A DNA stretch of 64,000 nucleotides from Octopus sinensis (Eukaryota). Positions 25,758 to 38,082 of the stretch are shown here, one piece after another. Each line of letters begins with the position of its first letter. The stretch's first letter is position 1. The notes under the pieces were generated by a model. That model saw only the letters and a list, made by a program, of their open reading frames with translations, made no database searches and was not told the DNA's origin. A program made the translations under genes and the position numbers. The stretch is taken from NCBI RefSeq assembly GCF_006345805.1, contig NC_043006.1, positions 54,312,001 through 54,376,000 of the forward strand, in the 5' to 3' direction.

Positions 25758-26658
25758 ATATGTGTGTATATATATATGTCTTTTATCTGTTTTCCGGTTC
25801 AGTCATTAGACTACTGCCATGCTGGAGCTCTGCCTTGAAGAATTTGTTGTTGAATGAATTGACCCCAGTACGGATTCTTTTTTTTTTTTTTGAGCCTGGT
25901 ACTTACTCTATCAGTTTTTGCCAAGCCACTAAGTTACAGAGATGTAAACATACCAACACCAGTTATCAAGTGGTGCAGGACAAACAAATATGGTGGTTCT
26001 ATCTGCTAGAAATAGTAGCTAAAAATCCCTCAAATCAAACCTTATCACTTTAATTAAAGAAAGGACAAATTGGGTAATTTGTAATCTTAGACACACACTT
26101 AAATGGATGAGGTGGTTATGATGCAGTTTAATGCTTTTGGTCAAACATCTACTTGGGCTGAACAATAACAGCAACAATCATGATCACCTATATCAATGAA
26201 ACCAGTATGTATTCTTTATTAAATGACAATATGTTTCATATATGAATAATAGTTTCTAACATGGGTACAAGGCCTAAAATTTGGATTTGCAGAATGGTTG
26301 ATACTATCGAGTCTCTGTGCTCCATTGGTACTTTATTTTATAGACCCTGCAACTCTGAAAAGATAAAAGGTAAAATTGGTCTTAGCAGCTTTTGAACTCA
26401 GAATGTAAAGCACTGGAGCAAAATACTACAAGGCATTCCTTCCAACACTCTACCAAGCACAGTGTAAATTTGTGTCCCTGGTAATCGAGAAGTATTCCAG
26501 TCATATCCATCCAGTCTTTTACTGTGATATAGTGTATGTGGGATTACATTATGTAATGAATCTTTTTTATCGTTTCTCTTTTACTTGTTACAGTCATTAG
26601 ACTGTGGACATGCTGGAGCACAGCCTTGAAGAATTTTAGTCGAACAAATCAACCCCAG

Positions 26659-26700
<42 letters not shown>

Positions 26701-26705
<5 letters not shown>

Positions 26706-27008
26706 GAGGTGCAATGGCCCAGTGGTTAGGGCAGCGGACTCTCGGTCGGAGGATTGCGGTTTCGATTCCCAGACCGGGCGTTGTGTGTTTATTGAGCGAA
26801 AACACCTAAAAGCTCCACGAGGCTCCAGCAGGGGGAGGTGATCCCTGCTGTACTCTTTCACCACTCTTTCTCTCAATCTTTCTTCTGTTGGCCTGCTTGC
26901 TTAGCCAGCGGGATGGCGTCGTTCGAAGGCTAAAACAATGCAAACGCATTGTGACCAGCGATGTGTAGCAACATCTGATGGTCTGGTCGGTCACGTGATC
27001 ATGTTGAT
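26701..27008 (+). mobile_element. Young tRNA-derived SINE (family C) next to a (TA)n tract
   Basis: TGGCCCAGTGGTTAG (A box) and GGTTTCGATTCCC (B box); CpGs retained. Confidence 0.8.
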
Positions 27009-27087
<79 letters not shown>

Positions 27088-27536
27088 ATATATATATGTA
27101 TGTGTATATATATATGTATGTGTATATATATATGTATGTATATATATATATATGTGTATATATATGTATGTATATTATGTATATATATATATATGTATAT
27201 ATATGTATATGTATATATATGTATATGTATATATATGTATATATATGTATATGTATATATATGTATATATATGTATATATATATATATACATGTATGTAT
27301 ATATATACATGTATGTATATACATGTATGTATATATATATACATATATGTATATATACATGTATGTATATATATACATGTATGTATATACATGTATGTAT
27401 ATATATACATATATGTATATATACATGTATGTATATATATACATATATGTATATATATATATATGTATATATATATGTATATATGTATGTATATATATAT
27501 GTATATATATGTATGTATATATATATGTATATATAT
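27009..27536. repeat. Long (TA)n/(TATG)n microsatellite
   Basis: Seen directly. Confidence 0.95.
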
Positions 27537-28985
27537 CATCATCATCATCATCATCATTTAACGTCCGCTTTCCATGCTAGCATGGGTTGGACGGTTCAAC
27601 TGGGGTCTGGGGAGCCCGAAAGCTGCACCAGTCCAGTCAGATCTGGCAGTGTTTCTACAGCTGGATGCCCTTCCTAATGCCAACCACTCCGAGAGTGTAG
27701 TGGGTGATTTTATGTGCCACCGACACAGGTGCCAGACGAGGCTGGCAAACGGCCACGCTCGGATGGTGTTTTTATGTGCCACCGACACAGGTGCCAGACG
27801 AGGCTGGCAGACGGCCACGCTCGGATGGTGTTTTTATGTGCCACCGACACAGGTGCCAGATGAGGCTGGCAAACGGCAACAATCGGATGGTGCTTGTTAC
27901 GTGCCCACAGCACGGAGGCCAGTCATGCGGGCGGTACTGGCTACGGCCACGTTCGGATGGTTTTATTGTGTGCCACGTGCCACCGGCACTGGTACCACAA
28001 AGATACAAATTCCATTGATGTTCATCTATTTTGATTTGTTTTGATTTTGATTTTCACTGCCTCAACAGGTCTTCACAAGTGTCACAAGAAGGAAGGTATG
28101 CACAGGTGGACTGACTACGTCCCAGGTAGGGGCCATGGGTTATGGCCTGACTAGTCTTGCCGGGTCTTCGGATGGTGTTTTTATGTGCCACCGACACAGG
28201 TGCTAGATGAGGCTGGCGAACGGCCACGATCGGATGGTGTTGTGTCATGTGCCCACCGCACTGACTACAGCACTGATGGATTTCTTGTGTGCCACAGGCA
28301 CTGGTACCACAAGATACAAATTCCATTGATGTTCATCTATTTTGTCTATTTTGATTTGATTTGATTTGATTTGATTTGATTTTCACTTGCCTCAACCGGT
28401 CTTCACAAGTGTCACAAGAAGGAAGGTATGCACAGGTGGACTGACTAGTCTTGCCGGGTCTTCGGAAGGTGTTTTTATGTGCCACCGACACAGGTGCCAG
28501 ATGAGGCTGGCGAACGGCCATGATCGGATGGTGTTTGTTACGTGCCCACAGCACGGAGTTCGGTCGATGCGGAACTGGCTACGGCCACGTTCGGATGGTT
28601 CTCTTGTGTGCCACCGGCACTGGTACCACAAAGTGTGTGCCACCGGCACTGGTACCACAAAGATACAGATTCCATTGATGTTCATCTATTTTGATTTGTT
28701 TTGATTTTGATTTTGATTTTCACTTGCCTCAACAGGTCTTCACAAGTGTCACAAGAAGGAAGGTATGCACAGGTGGACTGACTACGTCCCAGGTAGGGGC
28801 CATGGGTTATGGCCTGACTAGTCTTGCCGGGTCTTCGGATGGTGTTTTTATGTGCCACCGACACAGGTGCTAGATGAGGCTGGCGAATGGCCACGATCGG
28901 ATGGTGTTTGTCATGTGCCCACAGCACGGAGGCCAGTCGATGCGGTACTGGCTACGGCCACTTTCGGATGTGCCCACAGCACGGA
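27537..28985 (-). mobile_element. RTE-family 3' UTR with nested tandem repeats (59-bp units and ~330-bp modules)
   Basis: (CAT)n plus reverse-complement tail at 27537-27710; GCCTCAAC(A/C)GGTCTTCACAAGTGTCACAAG recurs at ~28060, 28389 and 28726. Confidence 0.8.
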
Positions 28986-29060
28986 ATGTTATATATATAT
29001 ATATATATATAGTATATATCTATATATGTATATATATATGTATATATTATATATATGTAT

Positions 29061-29365
29061 ATTATATCAAATTAGAGACAAAACCACTATTATGCAAATC
29101 AAACAAAGAAAGACTTAAGCCAATACATAAAATAATTTATATAAATTAAAATTTAACATATGAATATATTCATATATTCATATTCATATGTTAAATTTTA
29201 ATTTATATAAATTATTTTGTGTATTGGCTTAAGTCTTTCTTTGTTTGATTTGCATAATAGTGGTTTTGTCTCTAATTTAATATAATATTTTACTATAAAA
29301 TTGGATTAAATCTTAAATCTGATTTTCCTTGTAAATTTGGATTTATTCCCTAATATTTATTATTA
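29061..29365. repeat. ~106-bp-arm palindrome formed from a dispersed AT-rich repeat end
   Basis: 29061-29166 vs 29181-29286; right arm and its continuation recur at ~54370-54535. Confidence 0.85.
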
Positions 29366-29386
29366 TATATATGTGTATATATATAT

Positions 29387-29422
<36 letters not shown>

Positions 29423-29582
29423 TGTATACATAATATATGTGTATATATATATGTGTATATATATATGTGTGCATATATACATGTGTATATATACATGTGT
29501 ATATATACATGTGTATATATACATATGTATATATATATATGTATATGTATATATGTATATGTATATATGTATATGTATATAT

Positions 29583-29995
29583 ACTCTTTTACTCTTTTAC
29601 TTGTTTCAGTCATTTGACTGCGGCCATGCTGGAGCACCGCCTTTAGTCAAGCAAATCGACCCCAGGACTTATTCTTTGTAAGCCCAGTACTTATTCTATC
29701 GGTCTCTTTTGCCGAACCGCTAGGTGACGGGGACGTAAACACACCAGCATCGGTTGTCAAGCAATGCTAGGGGGACAAACACAGACATACAAACACATAT
29801 ACACACACATATATATATATATACATATATACGACAGGCTTCTTTCAGTTTCCGTCTACCAAATCCACTCACAAGGCATTGGTCGGCCCGGGGCTATAGC
29901 AGAAGACACTTGCCCAAGATGCCACGCAGTGGGACTGAACCCAGAACCATGTGGTTGGTTAGCAAGCTACTTACCACACAGCCACTCCTGCGCCT
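29583..29995 (-). mobile_element. Young full-length SINE family A
   Basis: CpG-rich, intact head GCGCAGGAGTGGCTGTGTGGTAAG and (TAAAAGAG)n tail. Confidence 0.85.
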
Positions 29996-30004
29996 ATACA
30001 TATA

Positions 30005-30069
<65 letters not shown>

Positions 30070-30142
30070 GTATATATTATTATATGTATATGTATATATG
30101 TATATATACATATGTATATATATATATATGTATATGTATATA

Positions 30143-31090
30143 TATGCAATGTGAGCGGACGAAATATACAAGTGAACTGAAAAGAATAGCATGCAGTTCA
30201 ATACTGAAAAGTTTCAAGCTCTATGCTATCAGTACGCAAAACTAAATGCAACACCCAATAAATACACTGGACCTGGAGGGACTGCAATCCCAGAGGCACA
30301 ATCAATGCGAGACCTGGGTATTTACATGAGTGATGATGCAACCTTTCATGTGCATGTTGCTAAATTGGCAATGAAATGTAGGCGGCTGACCGGATGGATT
30401 CTTAGAACCTTCAGAACAAGAGACCAGGAAACCATGATGGTCCTCTGGAGGACACTTGTCCTAAGCCACTTTGACTATTGCTCTGAGCTATGGTCACCAT
30501 CCAGTGTCAAGTTAATCACAGAACTTGAGGTGATTCAACGAAGCTACACGAAGAAGATAGCCTCTGTGCAGCATATAAGCTATTGGGAAAGACTCAAGAG
30601 ATTGAGACTCTATTCCTTAGAGCGTAGGCGAGAAAGATATGCCATAATATACATCTGGAAGATCCTAGAAGGACTTGTCCCAAACTTTGGCATCGAGAGT
30701 TACACAAATGCCAGAACTGGGCGCCACTGCATAGTGCCAAGGACTCCAAATTTGCCATCAAGATGTAGGACAAGATACTGTGATAGCCTGGGCTTCCGAG
30801 ACCCACAGCTCTTCAATATCCTCCTGAAGAACCTAAGAGACCTGCATGGGGTGGATGCAGATGTCTTTAAAATGAAACTGGATCTCTTCTTGTCAGGTAT
30901 CCCAGATGAACCAACTTCACGGCAGGAGGTGCAGATGAGGGCAGCTGCATTGAACTCTCTCATGCACAAAATGGCAATTGCTAAAAAGCATTCGTGAAGT
31001 AAAATCATGTAGCAACACCAAATGGCGGTGCCCCAGCATGGCCACAGCTAGTGAGCTGAAACTAGATAAATAAATAAATAAAAAATAAAA
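30143..31090 (+). mobile_element. 5'-truncated CR1/L2-group LINE with an intact 268-aa ORF2 C-terminus and 3' UTR
   Basis: MQFN..KF, RDLGI, HFDYCSELWSP, LEVIQR, SYWERLKRLRLYSLERRRER motifs; (TAAA)n tail. Confidence 0.9.
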
Positions 31091-31149
31091 TACATATATA
31101 TATATATAAAATTAATAAATAAAACATATGCATATATACATACATATAT

Positions 31150-31622
31150 GTACGTACCTACCTCTACCTACCTCTATAAAAATGCATATATGGGTACAGG
31201 ACACCAAAAAAACGTCAAACACAATGAGAAACGAAAACATAAACACAAAAACAAGGAAATGGACATTTCTTTTAAACAACGAAAAGATAGAGTACAGGAC
31301 ATACAAAGCAAGGAAAATTCCCCTTCTTCAGTCGCCTTAGTTTCATCTACTCCACGTTTCGAAGGTCAAGGCGATATATGACTTCAATAAAACTTTCCTT
31401 CCCGCGAAAATCAAATTAAATAAAATTTGAGATTTTTTTGCGGGGGCGTAAAAATGGCAACAAAAACAGGACAGTAACGACAGTACAAAATATAAACAGT
31501 AAAAGACAGGACACGGAGAATAACAGTAACACAAACAAGAAGGGCTGTTAAGCCAAACAAGATAAAAATTTTTTACGAATGCTAGTTTTTGAGAACGGCA
31601 GAGAGCAACAGATTTTACCGTC
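31150..31622. mobile_element. Unclassified A-rich element fragment, possibly a Penelope-like terminal region
   Basis: CpG-retaining block between TA tracts; no ORF; class inferred only. Confidence 0.3.
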
Positions 31623-31687
31623 TATATATGTATATATATGTATATATATATATGTGTGTATATATATATATATATAATTATATATAT

Positions 31688-31721
<34 letters not shown>

Positions 31722-31758
31722 ATATACATACATAATATATATATATATACATACAATA

Positions 31759-31813
<55 letters not shown>

Positions 31814-31838
31814 TATATACATATATATATATTATATA

Positions 31839-31879
<41 letters not shown>

Positions 31880-31965
31880 TATATAATATACATATATAAT
31901 ATTATATATAATATATACATAATATATATATATATATAATACATTATATTATATATATATTATAT
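31623..31965. repeat. (TA)n microsatellite
   Basis: Seen directly. Confidence 0.95.
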
Positions 31966-31972
31966 CATCATA

Positions 31973-33787
31973 GTACTCCAGGCAATTACGGAGGAATTCA
32001 GACAGGCTGTCCCGGGAGCTCCTCTACGCTGACGACCTTGCTCTTATTGATGAGTCACTATCAGAACTGGAGGAGAAGTTCCAGGTGTGGAAGGAGGGTT
32101 TAGAATCAAGGGGCCTTAGAGTCAACCTAGCTAAACCAAAGTACTAATAAGTAGAAAGGTAGACAATCCACAAATATCTTCAGGAAGATGGCCCTGCTCG
32201 ATCTGTAGAAAAGGTGTAGGTTAGAAACTCTATAAGATGTACCCATGTAAGCTATGGACACATAAGAGGTGCAGCAATGTCAAAGGTAGGCTAACTGGGA
32301 AGATCGTTTTTGTATTTGGCAGATGCTCGGAGCATTAACCTCCGAAAATCTGCAGAAAACAACTTCCGTCACTTTCCAGGGGAAAAAACTAGAAGTAGTT
32401 GATAGCTTCCGTTATCTAGGTGACCAAGTCAGTAGTGGGGGTGGGTGCGCTGAAAGTGTAACTGCTAGAATAAGAATAGCCTGGGCAAAGTTTAGGGAGC
32501 TCTTACCTCTGCTGGTGACTAAAGGCTCTCGCTCAGAGTAAAAGGCAGACTGTATGATGCGTGTGTACGAACAGCCATGCTACATGGCAGCGAAACATGG
32601 GCTGTGACTGCTGAGGACGCGTAAGCTCGTGAGGAATGAAGCCAGTATGCTCCGTGGTGTGTGTAATGTCAGTGTACATACTCGCCCAGCGTTAGCACCT
32701 TGAGAGAAATGTTGTGATACTAAGAAGCATCAGTTGTGGTGTGCAAGAGAGACGATTGCGCTGGTATGGTCATTGGGGCGAGAATGGTGAAGATAGGTGT
32801 GTGAGAAAGTGCCAATCCCTAGCAGTGAGGGAACCCGTGGAAGAGGTTAGATCCAGGAAAACCTGGGACGAGGTGGTGAAGCACGACCTTCGAACTTTAG
32901 GCCTCACTGAGGAAATGACAGAGACCGAGACCTTGGAAATATTCTGTACGTGAGAAGACCAGGCAGGACAAGTGAGCCAGCCCACTTATGAATGCCTTCC
33001 TCCCTGGACACAAAGACGGTTGAGGCAAGCGAAGTCGATATAGAACCTTATCCGACGACGACACCATCCAACCCCCCATGCTTGCGAAGACATGTTGGGG
33101 CAAGCGAAATCGAAATCGAAATCGAAACCGAATTGAACCAGCCAGGATCCCTGGCCTGTGGTACGTTAAAAAGCACTATCCGACTCGGGGCCGTGGGGCA
33201 CGTAAAATACTCAATGCGACCGTATACGACAGGCACCCATGCCAACCCCTTTGCTTGTGAAGACATGTTGGGGCAAGCGAAATCGAAATCGAATTGAACC
33301 AGCCAGGATCCCTGGTATGGTGGAGTAAAAAAGCACTATCCGACTCGTGGCCGTGGCACGTAAAATACTCCAATGCGACGTACGACAGGCACCCTTGCCA
33401 ACCCCTTTGCTTGTGAAGACATGTTGGGGCAAGCGAAAATCGAAACGAATTGAACCAGCCAGGATCCATGGTAGGTGGTACGTAAAAAGCACTATCCGAT
33501 CGTGGCCGATGCCAGCACCGCCTCGACTGGCTTCCGTGCGGTGGCAAATTAAAATACACATCTGACGTGGCCGTTGCCAGCCCGCCTGGCACCTGTGCAG
33601 TGTGTCACGTAAAAAGCACCCACTACACTCATGGAGTGGTTGGCGTTAGGAAGGGCATCCAGCTGTAGAAACATTGCCAAATTAGACTGAGCCTGGTGCA
33701 GCCTTCTGGATTCCCAGAACCCCGGTCGAACCGTCCAACCCATGCTAGCATGGAGAACGGACGTTAACGACGATGATGATGATGATG
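31973..33787 (+). mobile_element. 5'-truncated RTE LINE (RT C-terminus, PHD-like finger, repeat-rich 3' UTR, (GAT)n tail), frameshifted
   Basis: ELLYADDLALI, GLRVNLAK, VDSFRYLG, RIRIAWAKFRELLPLL, RRLRWYGH motifs. Confidence 0.92.
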
Positions 33788-34299
<512 letters not shown>

Positions 34300-34719
34300 T
34301 TAAATCCTGGTACTCATTTTATCAATCACTTGTGCTGAACTGCTAAGCTATGGGAACATAAACACACCAACATGGTTATCAAGCAGTGGTGAAGGGTAGA
34401 CAAGTCACACACATGTATACACACCCAATGAGTTTCTTTCAATTTCCATCTACCAAATCCACTCATAAGATTTCAGTTGGCCTGAGTTTATGGTAGAAGA
34501 CACTTGTCCAAGGTGCCTTGCTGTAAGATTGAACCCAAAACCATACGGGTGGAAAGCAAATTCCTTTCCACAGAGCCATGCCTGCATTCCCACAAAGACA
34601 ATGTGAATTTGTGTTCCTGGCAGTTCTTCAATAATTCTCCTATAATGACTATCATGTCTTTAACTCTGGCATTGGATCACTAGGGTTACATCATATAACG
34701 TGCCCTTCCTTTTCATAAA

Positions 34720-35195
34720 GACAGTAGATTTATAACTGTTATTTCTGGTAGACTCACTGATCATGTAGAGATCTTCCTTCATTAGCTCACATCCTCCTTG
34801 TGACTATGGTTGTTGTTTTTTCCCCATGTCAGGTCTAATAAAGCAGACTTAGGATCAAAGACTTTCAACCATGACTATCCTGCATTTTCACAGGTATCTT
34901 GGAACACATTCACTGTAGTTGATTGTGGTTTGATGGAGAGTTGGTTGCTACTTTTGGCAAATCAAATGACTGCATAGAGACTATCCTTGTTGTTGTTTAG
35001 CTGCAGGTCAGGTTCAAGTGAGCAGAGCTATGATCAAAGGCATTCCATCCGTGACCATCCTGTTTTTTCCCCATATACAGAGAATCCAAGATCATATCAT
35101 GCAATATGTCCCTTTTTAAGATGGTAGGATATAGTTTATGAGTGATGTGATTGCTGTTTCTAGCAGGTCAAATATCCAGGTAGAGATTCCTTCAT
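34720..35195. mobile_element. Tandem decayed copies of an old dispersed repeat (TTGTTGTTTAGC...GGTCA...TGATCAAAGGCATTCCA)
   Basis: Related copies near 1200, 26000-26170, 36780-36990, 46330-46500, 55360-55560 and 63560. Confidence 0.55.
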
Positions 35196-35361
35196 TGTCA
35201 TACTTGCTAGTGGTGATGGTAGGGTGGGGTGTGATTCCTAATTTTGAATCCTGTTCTGTTGAGAAAGTTTAAAGAACTATCTTTGAGTATGTGTGTGTTG
35301 TACTTTGTCACCATACTTAAGTCCTTAACAAGGTACCTAAAGATTGTTAGAGTTGTTGTTG

Positions 35362-35393
<32 letters not shown>

Positions 35394-35982
35394 GCCGACG
35401 AAGACGCCGACGACAACGACGTTGGCATTGGTGGTGGTGGTGGTTGGAAAAAGTTGTTGTTGTTGTTCATCATATCAAAGTGGAATATGTACAGTTCGTT
35501 GGCAGTTCATTTATTGTCACATGACTTCCTTCTTGACACAGCAAGATTAGTGAAGAAGTTACTAGGAGATAAGTGTATTGATAAAGTAACATCCTGATTT
35601 TTACGACTTGTTCTTGGAAACTTGGGTGGGTGGGGGAGATGGATTGGGGTGGAGTGGAGGAGCTGGTATAGCAGAATTGCAAACACTGAGGGTGGTGGTG
35701 GTGGTGGTGATGGAGTAGAGGAGGGGATCACAGTAGATACAGAGAGAAGGAGTGGTGGTTTCTTTCTAAATTGGATCTACACTCCAAGTAGGTTGTAAAA
35801 TAAGTATATTTATGAATGTTTGGCTAGTTTACATGTACTCACTCACAAGACAGTAAATAACACTTCATGACAAGGAGGAGCCAATACAGAAATAGCAGCC
35901 AAATTTCTCAAACCATGCATCCTGGAGTTTTGAATTAGGAAAGGACATATTTAGAAATATTTAGAACATATGTAGTTCCACA

Positions 35983-36320
35983 TGAAGGTGCATGACTCAG
36001 AGGTTAGAGTACTGGACTCACAATCATGAGGTAGTGAGTTTGATTCCCAGACCGGGCCATGTGTTGTGTTCTTAAGCAAGACACTTTACTTCATGTTGCT
36101 CCAGTTCACTCAGCTGTAGAGATGGGTTGCAATGTCACTGGTGCCAAGCTGTATGGGCCTTTGCCTTTCCCTTGGATAACATCAGTGGCATGAAGAGGGG
36201 AGACTGGTATGCATGGGTGACTGCTGGTCTTCCATAAAAAACAACTTTGCCTAGACTTGTGTCTTAGAGGGTAACTTTCTAGTGCATCCCATGGCCATTC
36301 ATGACCAAAGGGGGATTTTA
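35983..36320 (+). mobile_element. SINE family D
   Basis: Matches 13117-13450. Confidence 0.75.
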
Positions 36321-37739
36321 CACTAGTTCTTTTCTATCTTTCCTGCAGGTGTTGGCACACAAATGTTCAAGAGGAACATTAATGACATAAATGAAACTAG
36401 TCTAAGAAGATTTTATAAAGGCCATAGGCACTGATTTTTCTTCCAGGTTGTACAATTGCCAGTGAAGTGACTTTTTCAAGCATGGTGGAAAAGCAGACTA
36501 TCACTGTAAACAATTGAAGCAGCAGGTGCTAGCCTGGGTGAAGCCAACTTGGAGACCAGCTGCAGATGGAGGGAATGGACCAACTTGAGAGATGCGGATC
36601 ATTGCAGATCCAGATTTTCCTTAGATGCTACTAGAGAGCACTATATCCATATCTTTGAACAAGCCAATTTCATGGATACTGTCCTTTACAAAGAAGAGAG
36701 AGAGAGAGAGCTTTTTTAACCCTGGAAAGTAAAAGAAAAAAAAGAAAATTACTCTGTAAACATGGCTGCCAATAACAGACCCTCTGTGTGGTCACTCGAC
36801 CTGTTAGAAATAGCAACTAAATATCCATCAAACTATGCCATACTGTCTTAAATATAGAAAAGACATATTGTATATATAATATAGTCTTACACTTCCCTAA
36901 AATGATGGAATGGTCAAAGCTTGAATACATTTTAATTTAGATCTATACTGGATCAAGTCTCTGACCTGGGGCTAAAGAACAACAGTGTGATAGTCTCTGT
37001 AGTAAACAAGAACTGACATCTTTGATACTGCATCCACATGTGAGCTGTCTTTACAGGCTGAAAGCTTGCATTGTTGTGATGTCTCAAAACTCTCTTTCAT
37101 CCTGCAACCTGCCAGCATCTCAATTCAATTTTTGTATTGTTGTATAATACAAAGGATTATTACATCTTTTTGCTGGTGAGACTGACAAGCAGATGTCTAC
37201 AACTTAGTGCAGACAACTATTACAAAGGACTTCATTTCAAAGGAATCAGTTTTTTGCCTTTTTTTTTTCTTTGCTGTTTGCTTCATAGATTATACATCAA
37301 TAAAAGATACACACATGCATACATGAATATGCGTGTGCACACACATACATATTCATAGGATAAAAATCAAATGGGACATGAAAGCAACAGAAAAGACAAT
37401 AAAACAAATCTCTCATCAGCCATGGGGACTGGAATCAGTGTATTTTCAGCTTATTTAAAATCAAAAAACTTTAATTTCATGCTAGTACTCCACTGAATGT
37501 GCCAATAATTGTAAATATCACTGAAGTGGAGGACATTACAAAGAAAAAAGAAAAAAACTTAAAACAATGAAGATTATATCATACTAGAGTGACAGAGAAT
37601 TATGGACAGATTCATGTAATACAGTTCAGCAAAAAAGACAGTAGTCTTTTGACAGGGCATGGAGAACAACAAACTCACCAAAAAAGTACAACAAGCACAA
37701 AGGAAAATAGAAATGTGACTGACATTGTAGTACCCATGA

Positions 37740-38082
37740 AATCATAGATGTGGCTGTTGCTGGTAGCATGGTCTTTCAAATGTTGGACCTTACAGAGGCG
37801 ATGACAAGTGACTGAGACCTTTGGTGATGTTGTACTGAGAAGCCTTGCCAAATCAAGCGAATCGTAGTCATAGTCGTGGCTGTTACCGGTGCCATGTAAA
37901 TGACTCCCATTACACTTTTGGAGTGGTTGATGTCAGGAAGGGCATCCAGCTATAGAAACTATGCCAAATCAAACTGGAACCTGGTGCAGCTCCCTGGCTC
38001 ACCAGTTCCAGTCAAACCGTCTAACCCATGCTATCATGGAAAGTGAACATTAAATGATAATGATGATGATGATGATGATGAT
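37740..38082 (+). mobile_element. RTE ORF end and 3' tail
   Basis: GAGACCTTTGG...GAGAAG, then GGAAGGGCATCCAGCT and (GAT)n. Confidence 0.7.

Noticed and set aside
26710-26780. tRNA gene
   Set aside because: A and B boxes are present, but it continues into a SINE body with no clear acceptor stem or terminator
30191-30997. 268-aa ORF as a host gene
   Set aside because: It is the C-terminus of a LINE ORF2 with its 3' tail
36330-36520. Strong acceptors (TTTCCTGCAG, TTTTCTTCCAG) as extra TRIT1 exons
   Set aside because: Stops in all frames before any good donor; the flanking exons already join across a contiguous motif
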